A DNA stretch of 64,000 nucleotides. It comes from Thermoplasmata archaeon (lineage in GTDB: Archaea; Thermoplasmatota; Thermoplasmata; Lutacidiplasmatales; UBA184). Positions within the stretch are counted from its first letter, which is position 1, and the number at the start of each line of letters is the position of its first letter. Made by a program: the position numbers and the translations under genes. Location of the stretch: assembly GCA_022749895.1 (NCBI GenBank), contig JAKIWS010000004.1:6195-70194 (forward strand), in the 5' to 3' direction. Below, one piece after another: positions 52,478-62,086 of the stretch. Below the pieces are notes generated by a model. The model saw only the letters and a list, made by a program, of their open reading frames with translations, was not told the origin of the DNA and made no database searches.

Positions 52478-55400
52478 CTACGCCCTCCGCCAGCGGCGGG
52501 TGCGGAGCCACCGGTACGTCCCCGCGGCGACCAGGAACCCGGTCGCCGGCACGAAGGCGAGGACGGGGACGAGCCAATCCGGGTAGGCCGGGGGCGAGCC
52601 CAACGACGGGCCCGTCACGACGAGCGACGTCGAGTTGAGGTTCACGGTGAGCGCCGGGACGTTGAGGGTGACGGAGCCGCCGACCGAGGAGCTGGTGTTG
52701 AGGATCAGCGCGAGCACGGTCACGGAGCCCGGCGGCAGGGCGTGTCCGCTCGGCGCGGCGAGGTGCACGGAGAACGACGAGTTCGTCCCCGTGGGAAGCG
52801 ACGAGGCCACGAGGAGGGGCGCGTTCCCGACGTACACCCGGGCCGACCAGCCGAGGCCGGTCAGCCGCGCGGCGTCGAGCACCGTCAAGGACACGGAGAT
52901 CGGAACGTTCCCTTTGTTCGCGAGGTAGAACGGCACGATGGCGCTCGTCGGCGCGATCGTGGGCGGGGTCGCCGGGGGCGCGCCGATCGCGAAGGCGTAC
53001 CGGGGGGTGACGGAGATCGACGGGGCGGGCGTGATCGTTCCGGCGAGGCTACCGTCCGGGAGGAGCGCCTCGATCGCCGCCGTCGGGTGCGCGACGTCCG
53101 TGTTCGGCGGGACGACGATCGTCACGACGAGCCCCGCGGTCGCATTCGCCGTCGCGACCCCCAACGTCACGTTGGAGGGGGAGAACGAGAAGTTCCAGAA
53201 GCTGGGGCTCCCGAGGAAGTGGAGGGTGAGGGGGATGTTGCCGGTGTTCCGCAACGTGGCGGCGAAGCTGGCGACCCCGCCGTTCCCGAGGACCACGCTC
53301 GTGGGCGAGCCCAAGGTGAACGCGACGCTCCGATGCCAGACGACCGCGAGGTCGAGCTCGGTCGCGGCGTTCCCGGCGAGCAGCGGCACCGCCGCCGTGG
53401 CGTTCGCCGTCGTCGCGACGCCGTACGGGCTCACGATCGTCGCCGCCGTGACCTTCCAGACGCCGAGCGGGAGGACGACCGGTATCCGCGTTCCGATGGG
53501 GGAATCCGGGAACTGGAGCGTCACACCGCCGGGTCCGCTGAACGTCAGGTTGGCGGAGGGGGGCGAGGTGCCCGCCGGCGGGAGGATCGTGACGGTGTCG
53601 GTCCAGGTCGCGCCGAGACGGAGCAGCAGCGCCGGGCCCGGCGTAGCGGGTACGGCGTACGACGAGGCGTTCGCGAGCTCGAGCCCCCCGCCGTTCGTCC
53701 AAGCGTAGATCGAGTACACTCCCGGGGTGAGGAGCGCGGAGAACGAGCCGTTCGCGGCCGCGACGGTCGTGACGGGACCATGGGCTCCGGGGCCCTGGAA
53801 CCGCACCGTTCCCGGCACCTGCGCCGGGAAGCCGGCCACCGCGAGCGACCCGTCGACCGGGGTGAGCACGGTCGTTCCGACGAGGGTCACGACGCAGAAC
53901 GAGGTGGCGCCGGTGACGTGGCACGTCGTTCCGGGCCTCACGGAGAGTGCTTCGTACGCCCCCGAAGATCCGTTCGGAACGAACTGCACGGTCTGCGCGG
54001 TCGGGACGAACGTCGTGTTCACGGGGAGCACGATGAGCCCGCGTCCCGCGTTCGCGGTCGCGCTGACGACGAGACCCCCCGGACCGGTGAGGTTGAGCGG
54101 GACCGTGGCGTTGACCGCGACCCCGGTGGGCAACGTCAGATTCACTTCGAGCAACGCGCCACGACCGGTCGCGACGAGCGGGTGCGCGAGCACGCCGGTC
54201 GCGTTGAACGTGACGGTGGCGACGGTTGCGAAGGTCGCGTTGGCGACCGACGCGGTCGCATACGCGGTGTAGGTGCCCGGTGCGGCGAAGAACTTCCCCT
54301 GGAACGTCGTCCCCGAGACGACCGTGGTGAAGGCGGGCGAGGTGAGTCGGATCGTCACCGCTCCGGTCGTGACGCCGTTCGGGAGCACGAGGCTCCCGTG
54401 GCTCGTCACCTGGCGCACGACCGTGAGGGTGATGTTCGTCTGCTGGGAGCCGACGGGGATCGTGACGTTCGTGACGACGCGCGGCAGGTAGAGGCCGCCG
54501 CCGGTCGTCGCGGGGGCGTAGGCGGTCAAGCGGTAGGTCCCCGGAGCGAGGGTGAGGTTGTACGCGTCACCCCCCGTCGCGTTCGTGGAGTGCCCGGTCG
54601 ACGAGAGCGCGGTCAGGTTGAGGTGAAGCCGGGCGCCGGCCGGGAGCCCCACGACCCGCACGTTCACCGGGACCGACTGCAGCGAGAGGGGGACGGTTCC
54701 GATCGAGCCGATGGAGTTCGCGGCGATGCCGCAGAGATGGTACGGGGCGTATCCGAACGCGGTCGCGTTGAGGCAGTACGAGGCCCCCGCGGGAACGGTA
54801 CCGGGGACGACCAGCGTGACGTTCCCGCTCGCGTTGCTGAGCGCGGTCACGGTCGCGCCCATCGGCTCGAGTGCGATCGAGACCGACGCCGAGAGCGCGG
54901 GGGCGAGCGGACCGACGCCGCCGAACGTGGGGGAGCCCACGAGGAGGTGGACCCCAGCGCCGGGCACGAGCGTCAACGCGAGGGACGTGGTGTACCTCAG
55001 GTCGATGCGCTGGAGCGCGGCGGAGATGCCGGCCGACCCGCCGATCGCCCCTTGGGTCGCGAGCAGCGAGTACCGTCCGGCGGGCAGCGGAAGCGACCAG
55101 TGGCCGCTCGCGTTCGAGAACGTCGAGACCTGGTCTCCCCGCGCGTCGTAGGCGGTGATGACGGCGGACGACGTGAGCGAGGTGATCGGTCCGCTGGGAA
55201 GGGCGACGGAGCCGCCGAGCGGGACGGCGGGCGCGACCGCCAGCGGAGCGAGCGCGACGACCGGCCCGGCGCTCCCGACGTACGCGCTCGCGAAGCCGGC
55301 GTACCACGTCGAGCCCAGGAGCCCGTAGCCGTACAGCGAGTAGTTGCCCGCCGGCAGGACCGCGGTGATGAAGCCGCTCCCGTCGGAGAGGAAGACGGAC

Positions 55401-58400
55401 GAGTTCGCCGTGGCGAGCGTCGGCGTGTTGCGGGTCGTGGGGCTGCTCCCGCCCGTCCCTCCGGGACCTCCGGGCCCGGGGCTCGGGGCCGTCGTCGTCA
55501 CCTGCGGGGGAGGCAGGATCGGCTGGAACCGGACCGGGAACGCGGGCACGGGGTTCCCGTTCGCCAGGACGGTCAACGTCAGCGTCTCGGTCGGCACGAG
55601 CGTCAAGTTGAGCTTCGTGTGCGTTCCGGTCGTGCCGATCGCGAGAGCGACCGCGCCGGAACCGAGCCCCTGGACCGCGTACGTGGCGCTGATCGAGTAG
55701 TTGCCGGCCGCGAGGTTCTTGATCGTGTAGTTGCCGGTCGTCCCGGTGACCGTCGTCGCGACGACCCCGGTCGAACCCCGCACGGTGACGACCGCCCCGG
55801 GGATCCCGAACCCGGTCGTCATTCGCACGGTTCCGAGGACCGTCCCCGGCGCGAGCGCGACCTTGGTGTTGTTCGCGATGTCCGAGGGGACGGTCTCCTG
55901 CGGCTGGGTGAAGTTGCGTCCGCCGTAGACGATCGAGAGGTTGTACACGCCCGGCGGCACGTTCGTGAAGTGGAACGAGCCGCTCGCGTCCGTCGTCCGG
56001 GTCTGCGTGGGGAAGCCTTGCGCCCACAGGACGGCCGACGCTCCGGCGACGAGCGCATCGGCCCCGGGCTGGTACGATGAGTTGTTCGCGGTGTTCCAGT
56101 AGACGAATCCCTGCACTTTGTTCGCGCCGAGGACGATCGGGCGGACCATCGCGGGGGTGTCGAGCGAGAACCCCGAGGCGCCGCTCACAGCGAAGTGGAG
56201 CGACGCGAGGTGGTCAGTGCCGGCCTGGCTCGGGCCATCGAGGCGCCCGGCGGTGACGTTGACGGTGTCGTTGCCGGGAGGGAGGAGGAGATTGTACGCG
56301 CCGTTGGCGCTCGTGACGACGGTCATGTGGGGGATGTGGAACGAATCGTAGACGGTGAGCCGCACGTTGCCGACCGGGGTGCCGTCCGGTAGCGTCACCT
56401 GCCCGGTCATTGGTTGCCCGGCGTAGTAGGCGAGCATCGTCTCGCCGCCCGAGAAGTAGTGGTTCGCGTCGGTGAACGCGGTCCCGTTGGTCGCCTTCGC
56501 GCGGGCGACCGCCTCCGGGACGTTCGCGGGATACGGGCAGTTCGGGTTGGTCGTCGTGCTCGGCGTGGGGCAGTAGTACGCCGTCTTGTAGACGACCTCG
56601 AAATGCTGCAGCATCCAGCCGGGCTGGACCGGGTACTGGGCGGCGGCCCCCTCGAGACCGGGGATCCCGCCGCCGACCCCGATCTGGGTGCCGTTGTAGC
56701 CGACGAAGATCTTGAAGATCATCGTGTTGTAGAACGCCGGGAGGCGGTTGATGTTGTACTGGACCGCGGCGACGCCCGCGGGGACGCTCCCGAGCGGGTA
56801 CGTGTTGCCGTTGCTCCCGAGCACGCTGACCGTGTAGTACGAGGTCGGGGCGCCGCCGGCGCCGATGACCCGGTCGGTCAGGTCGGCGGGCGCGTAGAAG
56901 ATCCCGGTGTTGGAGCCGCTGAACGGGAAGAGCCGGCTATCGACCATCGCGTAGCGGATCGACCAGTGCGTGAACGCCTGGACGTCGTTGTAGACCTGCG
57001 CGACGCCGCCCGCGGGGAGCGTCGTCGCGAGGAACCACGCCATCGTGTCGTAGAGCGCGTTCGCCCCGTCGAGGTGCGCCGGGTCGACCGGGAGGTACCG
57101 CTCGGGATGCGCCAGGACGAGCTGCATGTCCTGGGAGGTGTTCGTCATCAGCGAGTGCAGCGTGGCCAGATTGACGCCGTCGGCCGCGAGCAGCGCGTTG
57201 AGCGCCGGCGGCAGGTACGGTTGGCCGGTCGTCGTCGCTTCGGCGGTCAACAGCGTCGTCGCGAGGATCGCGATCGCCTGCGACTCGTTCTGGGAGAGCA
57301 GGAAGTTCCCCGCCGGCACGATGCCGTTCTGGAAGTTGTCGGCAACCGTCGGATGCTTCCCTTCCGCGACGGCCTGGAAACCGTAGTCCCACCAGCTCAC
57401 GAACGCCGGGCGTTGCGGCTGGGGAAGGTTCGTATCCTGCGTCGCTAACCAATCGTAGCCGTTCTCGTCGTACTGCGTGGGGGTGTCGAGCTGCGTCCCC
57501 GCCGCCCCGAGGTAGAAGCTGGAGGCGTTGGACGGGGACGTCCGGAGCGGCGGCGGCAGGGTGTCGAAGATCTGCCGGTTGTACTGGCTCTTGACGTTGT
57601 ACGGGACCCCGGCATCGATCGCGTACCAGATGTTCGGCAGCAGGATCCCGACGAGGACGACCATCACGAGGAGGTGCCGGAGCTTGAAGGCCCGGCGGAA
57701 CGCGCCGAACTGGCTGCGGCGGTCGGCGAGCGAGGCGACGGTCCGGCGGAGCTGCGGATAGTTCGCGACCTGCAGCGCCTGCACGATCGCTTCCGCAGAG
57801 AGGAGCGAGAACGCCGCGCTCCCGAGGAAGAAGAACTTCGCGGCCGAGACCGGGAGGTAGATGCTGATCACCGCGAAGACGCTGAACAGCATCAGCACGC
57901 GGGCGAACTTACCCCGGATGAGCCGGACCAGGACGAGGATCAGGCCGACGAACGCGAGGAAGAACGTGATCACGCCGTAGCCGAGGATGAGGGCGTCGAT
58001 CGAGGGGGCCTGCGCTTCGGCGACGGTCGAGTAGACGAGCGTCTTGACGAAGTAGCCTTGCCCCGTGACGATGTCGACGAAGAACGCGTGGTTCACGACG
58101 TCGAGGAGGCCGATCCCCGCGGCCGCGATCACGCCGAGGATCGGGAGCGAGAAGACGTACGGAAGGTCCCGCAGGAGGAGGAACGGAAGGAGGATGGCGA
58201 GGGCGCCGAAGAACACCAGGAGCGGGAGGTTGAACCAGCCCGCGAACAGCCCCTGCGGGAGGTAGTACGGCACGGCCATCGGGAAGCCGACGAGCCCGAC
58301 GATCCACGTGACGACGTAGAGCCCGAACGAGTCGACCCGGCGGATCCGCTCGACGATCATCGCGAAGGCGAGGAAGACGACGATGGCGGCGACGGCGAAC

Positions 58401-59125
58401 GAGTACCCTTGCCAGGCCAGGGCCAGGGCGCCGAGGCTCACGCCGGTCAGGACGGCCCACTTGACGGCGTTCCGCTCCACCCGGGCGAACGACCTGAGGC
58501 CGGCCAGGATCTGGCGCGGGTGGCGGTAGCTCTCGACCCAGCGACGGGTCCCCGCGGCCCGTACCGTCCGCAGATAGCAGTAGACCGTGAGGAGAATGAA
58601 GAACACGTAGAACGAGAGGTAGTTCGCGTAGCCGAAGACCGACGAATCGATGTTGGCGACCATCAGCGGGTAGAGGAACGCCGCGACGATGCCCATCCGG
58701 CGCGAGCTCACTTCTTTCCCGATGAGGTAGACCGGGACCACGCCGAGCGCCGACCAGAGGGGCGCCTGGAAGTCGAGGAAGAACGACCCCGCCTTGACGG
58801 CGTTCCCGCCGAAGAACGGGGCGAACAGAATCCCCAGGACCGCGTTCATCCAGTCGAACAGCGGCTCCCGCGGGTTGACCGCGCCCGTGGGGTATCGGAG
58901 CAGCGGGTCGCGGACGAGGTTCGTGTGGTTGTTGACGATGTACTCCATCACGTGGCTGTGGTAGAACGAATCCGAGCCGCCGCCGTAGAGGTAGAGCGGT
59001 CCGAACTGGTGGAGCAGCGCCCAGCTGAACACCGTGCGGATGAACAGCCCGAGGCCGAACGCCGTCGTGAGCAGGACGATCGTCCAGCCGTGACGATGCC
59101 AGAACCCCCCGTCGGTCGACGCCAT
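52478..59125 (-). CDS. aglB: Archaeal oligosaccharyltransferase AglB (STT3 family) with a ~1,300-aa beta-sandwich-repeat extension and a C-terminal TM anchor (2,215 aa)
   Basis: About 13 N-terminal TMs, GGGSDSFYHSH (EL1 acidic motif), TVAE (EL5 TIxE-like), and WWDYG at aa 578-582 (nt 57380..57394). These are followed by many CarboxypepD_reg-like repeats (e.g. GQVTLPDGTPVGNVRLTVYD, TDASGSFHFTNVPPGVYNL) and a terminal VPVLAFVPATGFLVAAGTYRWLRTRRWRRA. Confidence 0.9.
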   Translation of the reverse strand: MASTDGGFWHRHGWTIVLLTTAFGLGLFIRTVFSWALLHQFGPLYLYGGGSDSFYHSHVMEYIVNNHTNLVRDPLLRYPTGAVNPREPLFDWMNAVLGILFAPFFGGNAVKAGSFFLDFQAPLWSALGVVPVYLIGKEVSSRRMGIVAAFLYPLMVANIDSSVFGYANYLSFYVFFILLTVYCYLRTVRAAGTRRWVESYRHPRQILAGLRSFARVERNAVKWAVLTGVSLGALALAWQGYSFAVAAIVVFLAFAMIVERIRRVDSFGLYVVTWIVGLVGFPMAVPYYLPQGLFAGWFNLPLLVFFGALAILLPFLLLRDLPYVFSLPILGVIAAAGIGLLDVVNHAFFVDIVTGQGYFVKTLVYSTVAEAQAPSIDALILGYGVITFFLAFVGLILVLVRLIRGKFARVLMLFSVFAVISIYLPVSAAKFFFLGSAAFSLLSAEAIVQALQVANYPQLRRTVASLADRRSQFGAFRRAFKLRHLLVMVVLVGILLPNIWYAIDAGVPYNVKSQYNRQIFDTLPPPLRTSPSNASSFYLGAAGTQLDTPTQYDENGYDWLATQDTNLPQPQRPAFVSWWDYGFQAVAEGKHPTVADNFQNGIVPAGNFLLSQNESQAIAILATTLLTAEATTTGQPYLPPALNALLAADGVNLATLHSLMTNTSQDMQLVLAHPERYLPVDPAHLDGANALYDTMAWFLATTLPAGGVAQVYNDVQAFTHWSIRYAMVDSRLFPFSGSNTGIFYAPADLTDRVIGAGGAPTSYYTVSVLGSNGNTYPLGSVPAGVAAVQYNINRLPAFYNTMIFKIFVGYNGTQIGVGGGIPGLEGAAAQYPVQPGWMLQHFEVVYKTAYYCPTPSTTTNPNCPYPANVPEAVARAKATNGTAFTDANHYFSGGETMLAYYAGQPMTGQVTLPDGTPVGNVRLTVYDSFHIPHMTVVTSANGAYNLLLPPGNDTVNVTAGRLDGPSQAGTDHLASLHFAVSGASGFSLDTPAMVRPIVLGANKVQGFVYWNTANNSSYQPGADALVAGASAVLWAQGFPTQTRTTDASGSFHFTNVPPGVYNLSIVYGGRNFTQPQETVPSDIANNTKVALAPGTVLGTVRMTTGFGIPGAVVTVRGSTGVVATTVTGTTGNYTIKNLAAGNYSISATYAVQGLGSGAVALAIGTTGTHTKLNLTLVPTETLTLTVLANGNPVPAFPVRFQPILPPPQVTTTAPSPGPGGPGGTGGSSPTTRNTPTLATANSSVFLSDGSGFITAVLPAGNYSLYGYGLLGSTWYAGFASAYVGSAGPVVALAPLAVAPAVPLGGSVALPSGPITSLTSSAVITAYDARGDQVSTFSNASGHWSLPLPAGRYSLLATQGAIGGSAGISAALQRIDLRYTTSLALTLVPGAGVHLLVGSPTFGGVGPLAPALSASVSIALEPMGATVTALSNASGNVTLVVPGTVPAGASYCLNATAFGYAPYHLCGIAANSIGSIGTVPLSLQSVPVNVRVVGLPAGARLHLNLTALSSTGHSTNATGGDAYNLTLAPGTYRLTAYAPATTGGGLYLPRVVTNVTIPVGSQQTNITLTVVRQVTSHGSLVLPNGVTTGAVTIRLTSPAFTTVVSGTTFQGKFFAAPGTYTAYATASVANATFATVATVTFNATGVLAHPLVATGRGALLEVNLTLPTGVAVNATVPLNLTGPGGLVVSATANAGRGLIVLPVNTTFVPTAQTVQFVPNGSSGAYEALSVRPGTTCHVTGATSFCVVTLVGTTVLTPVDGSLAVAGFPAQVPGTVRFQGPGAHGPVTTVAAANGSFSALLTPGVYSIYAWTNGGGLELANASSYAVPATPGPALLLRLGATWTDTVTILPPAGTSPPSANLTFSGPGGVTLQFPDSPIGTRIPVVLPLGVWKVTAATIVSPYGVATTANATAAVPLLAGNAATELDLAVVWHRSVAFTLGSPTSVVLGNGGVASFAATLRNTGNIPLTLHFLGSPSFWNFSFSPSNVTLGVATANATAGLVVTIVVPPNTDVAHPTAAIEALLPDGSLAGTITPAPSISVTPRYAFAIGAPPATPPTIAPTSAIVPFYLANKGNVPISVSLTVLDAARLTGLGWSARVYVGNAPLLVASSLPTGTNSSFSVHLAAPSGHALPPGSVTVLALILNTSSSVGGSVTLNVPALTVNLNSTSLVVTGPSLGSPPAYPDWLVPVLAFVPATGFLVAAGTYRWLRTRRWRRA

Positions 59126-59176
59126 GCTTCAAGGCCCGGTCAAGGCCGACCGGCGGGCCGCGCGAGACGGGGAGCC

Positions 59177-59186
59177 CTATTTATAG
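59177..59186 (-). promoter_or_regulatory. TATA-box-like element (CTATAAATAG on the minus strand) about 55 nt upstream of the aglB ATG
   Basis: The only AT-rich decamer in the 94-nt gap between DUF35 and aglB. Confidence 0.4.
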
Positions 59187-59219
59187 ACTGGGCAATCGAA
59201 CAATAGGGCCTACCGCGCG

Positions 59220-59771
59220 TTACGGCTCGACACGGAATCGGTAGAAGAATCGACCGTCGTCGTGCTCGAACGGTTCGAACCGAACGGGGTCCCCGATCTT
59301 GCACGCATCCCAGCTGCGTCCGACGATACGGCCGAAGAGGCGGAGCGGGGCCCCGTCGAGGTCCACGAGCCCGACGACGAACGGGACGTCGGCCTCCATC
59401 CCGAGAGGAGCCCCCGCGAGCACGGCGCTGAAAGCGTAGATCCGTCCCTTTGTCGGCAGCTCGACCCACTCGAGCGTCTCCGTGTGGCACTTGGGGCAGG
59501 CGACCCGCGGGGGCCAGTGGAGCTGGTGGTCGTTCGGGCACCGGGTCGTCCGGAACTTCCCCCGACGCAAGGCGTCGTAGAAGGCCGAGAGCCGGGTCTG
59601 GTCGGGTGTCTCGAGGGGAAAGAAATCGAGCAGGAACGGAAGCTTCGGAGCACGCACGGGCTTGGCCGGCGCCGGCTCGACGTTCGCCACGGCTGTGGGC
59701 GGCGCTTCCGGGACCACGCTGGGCGTCAGCAGCTGGGGTATCGTCCGTCGTCGGGCGCGGGTGGCGGCCAC
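59220..59771 (-). CDS. DUF35 OB-fold/Zn-ribbon protein (thiolase/HMG-CoA-synthase scaffold type)
   Basis: Rubredoxin-like CPNDH...CPKC, then an OB fold (KGRIYAFSAV...VVGLVDLDG...GDPVRF). The GTG start is 3 nt after the thiolase stop. Confidence 0.8.
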   Translation of the reverse strand: MAATRARRRTIPQLLTPSVVPEAPPTAVANVEPAPAKPVRAPKLPFLLDFFPLETPDQTRLSAFYDALRRGKFRTTRCPNDHQLHWPPRVACPKCHTETLEWVELPTKGRIYAFSAVLAGAPLGMEADVPFVVGLVDLDGAPLRLFGRIVGRSWDACKIGDPVRFEPFEHDDGRFFYRFRVEP

Positions 59772-59774
59772 CGA

Positions 59775-60956
59775 TCAGCCCCCCCGCTGGTAGACCATCA
59801 CCGAGTGGACGTTCGCGCTGCCGCTGAGATTGTGGACGAGGGCCCACGACGGGTCCGGCACCTGGCGCGCGGGAGCGACCGCCTGCGCGAACTGTTGGTA
59901 GACCTCGACCGCTTGCGCGACGCCGGTCGCGCCGAGCGGGTGCCCGCATCCGAGCAGCCCGCCGCGGGGGTTCACGACGATCTCGCCGCCGAGGTCCGAA
60001 CGTCCCTCTTCGGCGAACTTCCCGCCCTCCCCCTTGCCGCAGAACCCGAGCGCCTCGTACTCGACGATCTCGGAGATCGAAAAGCAGTCGTGGATCTCGG
60101 CGAAGTCGAGGTCGGACGGCTTGACCCCGGCCCGCCGCATCGCTTCCCGGCTCGCCAGGCGCAGGCCCCCCCAGTCGGTGAGCGACCCCGCGTTCGCGAG
60201 GTTGTGGAAATCGGAGTACTGCCCTGTCCCGCGGATCCATGCCGGGGTGTCGGTGAATTTCCGGGTCTTCTCCTCGGCGGCGAGGACCACCGCCGACGCG
60301 CCGTCGGTCATCGACGAGCAGTCGCCGAGCCGTAGCGGGGGTGCGACCAGGGGGAGCCGCGCCAGCTTCGCCCGGTCGAACGTCTTCTCGTGGAACTGCG
60401 CGGTGGGGTTCGAGTTCGCGAACCGGTGGTTCTTTTCGGAGACGGCGGCGAGCTGGGACTCGGTCGTCCCGTACTCCAGCATGTGCCGCTGGGCGACCAT
60501 CGCGAAGAACGGCGGCGCGGTCCCGCCGTGCACGCCATCCCAGGCGCGGTCGAGGACGCACCCCATCGCCGCGTTCGCTTCCGCCATCGACGGGAGGTTC
60601 ATCTTCTCGACGCCGACGGCGATCGCGACATCGCTCAATCCCGCGGCGATCGCGGCGTAGGCGCTCCGTATCGCGGATTGGCCCGAGGCGCACGCGAGCT
60701 CCGTGCGCTGGATGATCCGCGTCGGCCGGATGCCGAGGAGCTCGGCGGCCATCGGGGCCACGTGCGACTGGAAGGCGAACCGTTCCGGCTCCGCGGCGCC
60801 CACGAAGAGGGAGTCGACCGCGCCGGCGTCCAAGTTCGGGACGGCCCGGAACAGCGCGGCCCCCGCCTCTTGGCAGAGCTCGGACCACGTCGCGGCGCGA
60901 AGCCCGAACTTGGTGGTCGCGCCGCCGACGATCGCGACCTTGCGGAGCGCGGTCAT
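59775..60956 (-). CDS. Archaeal-type thiolase (acetyl-CoA C-acetyltransferase, SCP-x-like)
   Basis: VAIVGGATTKFG, active-site ELACASGQSA, and C-terminal NPRGGLLGCGHPLGATG. Confidence 0.9.
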   Translation of the reverse strand: MTALRKVAIVGGATTKFGLRAATWSELCQEAGAALFRAVPNLDAGAVDSLFVGAAEPERFAFQSHVAPMAAELLGIRPTRIIQRTELACASGQSAIRSAYAAIAAGLSDVAIAVGVEKMNLPSMAEANAAMGCVLDRAWDGVHGGTAPPFFAMVAQRHMLEYGTTESQLAAVSEKNHRFANSNPTAQFHEKTFDRAKLARLPLVAPPLRLGDCSSMTDGASAVVLAAEEKTRKFTDTPAWIRGTGQYSDFHNLANAGSLTDWGGLRLASREAMRRAGVKPSDLDFAEIHDCFSISEIVEYEALGFCGKGEGGKFAEEGRSDLGGEIVVNPRGGLLGCGHPLGATGVAQAVEVYQQFAQAVAPARQVPDPSWALVHNLSGSANVHSVMVYQRGG

Positions 60957-62086
60957 GTGGGCCTCGCGCGGATCGATTCCGCCACCGCATCCCCGACGGC
61001 GGTCGTCGTGGCGGTGCCGCCTTGGTCGTAGGACCGGACCGCGCCCTTCCGGAGCACCTCCGCGATCGCCGTGTCCAGCCGAACGGCTTGACGTTCCATC
61101 GCCCCATCGCCGCGCCGCTCGGCGAGCCAGTGGAGCATCATCCCGGTGGCGCTCAGCGCGGCGATCGGGTTCACCTGGTTCTTCCCGGCGTACTTGGGCG
61201 CGCTCCCGTGCACGGGTTCGAACATGGCGTGCTCCGTTCCGATGTTGCCCCCCGCGGCGAACCCCATCCCCCCTTGCAAGACGGAGGCGAGGTCGGTGAT
61301 GATGTCGCCCATCATGTTCGTCGAGACGACGACGTTGAAATGCTCGGGGTTACGGACGAGCCACTGGGTGAAGGCGTCGACGTAGGCGTAGTCGCGCACG
61401 ATCTCGGGGTACTCCGCGCCGACCTCGTCGAAGACCTCCCGGAAGAACCGGCACCCCTCGAGGACGTTCGACTTGTCGACGCACGTGATCCGCCGCACCC
61501 CGTCGCCCGGTGCGCCCCGCGCGCGCTTGCGGGCGAGCTCGTAGGCGTAGCGGATCACGCGCTCGGAACCTTTGCGCGTGATCACGCGGGTGTCGATCGC
61601 CACCTCGGTCGCGCCCCCGCGGCTCAGACGCCCGTGCGTCGGCGTGTAGAGGTCCTCGGTGTTCTCCCGAACGATCATCATGTCGACCGTCTCGGGCGCC
61701 CAGACCGAGCGGTAGCCGTCGCTGATCCGGTGCACCACGCCCGGATACAGGCGGCACGGCCGCACGTTCGCGAACAGGTCCAAGTTCTGGCGGAGTCCGA
61801 GCACCAGCGCGGCGCCGGCGATGTCGCCGTTCGGCAGCGAGACACCGGGCCATCCGACCGCGCCGAGCAGGATCGCATCCGCCGTGCGCGTGGCGGCTTC
61901 CGCCTCGGGCTCCCACTGTCGGCCGGTCCGCTGGTAGTACTGCGCGCCGCCCGGGTACTCTTCGAGGCGCCACGGGGCGCCGTCGTTCTCGGCGAGCGCC
62001 CCGAGGATCTTCGTCGCTTCCCGGAGCACCTCGGGTCCGGTGCCGTCCCCGGGAAGGACGACGATCCGGCAGGCGCCTCCGGTCAT
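60953..62086 (-). CDS. leuB: Isopropylmalate/isocitrate/tartrate dehydrogenase family beta-decarboxylating dehydrogenase
   Basis: VLPGDGTGPEV, LLGAVGWP, NVRP, IVRENTEDLY and MGDIITDLAS motifs. The substrate (IPM, homoisocitrate or tartrate) cannot be decided by eye. Confidence 0.8.
   Translation of the reverse strand: MTGGACRIVVLPGDGTGPEVLREATKILGALAENDGAPWRLEEYPGGAQYYQRTGRQWEPEAEAATRTADAILLGAVGWPGVSLPNGDIAGAALVLGLRQNLDLFANVRPCRLYPGVVHRISDGYRSVWAPETVDMMIVRENTEDLYTPTHGRLSRGGATEVAIDTRVITRKGSERVIRYAYELARKRARGAPGDGVRRITCVDKSNVLEGCRFFREVFDEVGAEYPEIVRDYAYVDAFTQWLVRNPEHFNVVVSTNMMGDIITDLASVLQGGMGFAAGGNIGTEHAMFEPVHGSAPKYAGKNQVNPIAALSATGMMLHWLAERRGDGAMERQAVRLDTAIAEVLRKGAVRSYDQGGTATTTAVGDAVAESIRARPT

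Noticed and set aside
52742-59206. 1,112-aa (52742..56080) and 510-aa (57674..59206) plus-strand ORFs, and a 407-aa minus-strand alternative frame (57909..59132), all inside aglB.
   Set aside because: They are antisense or out of frame to an ORF carrying the STT3 motifs (WWDYG etc.). Their products are Arg/Gly/Glu/Asp low-complexity strings.
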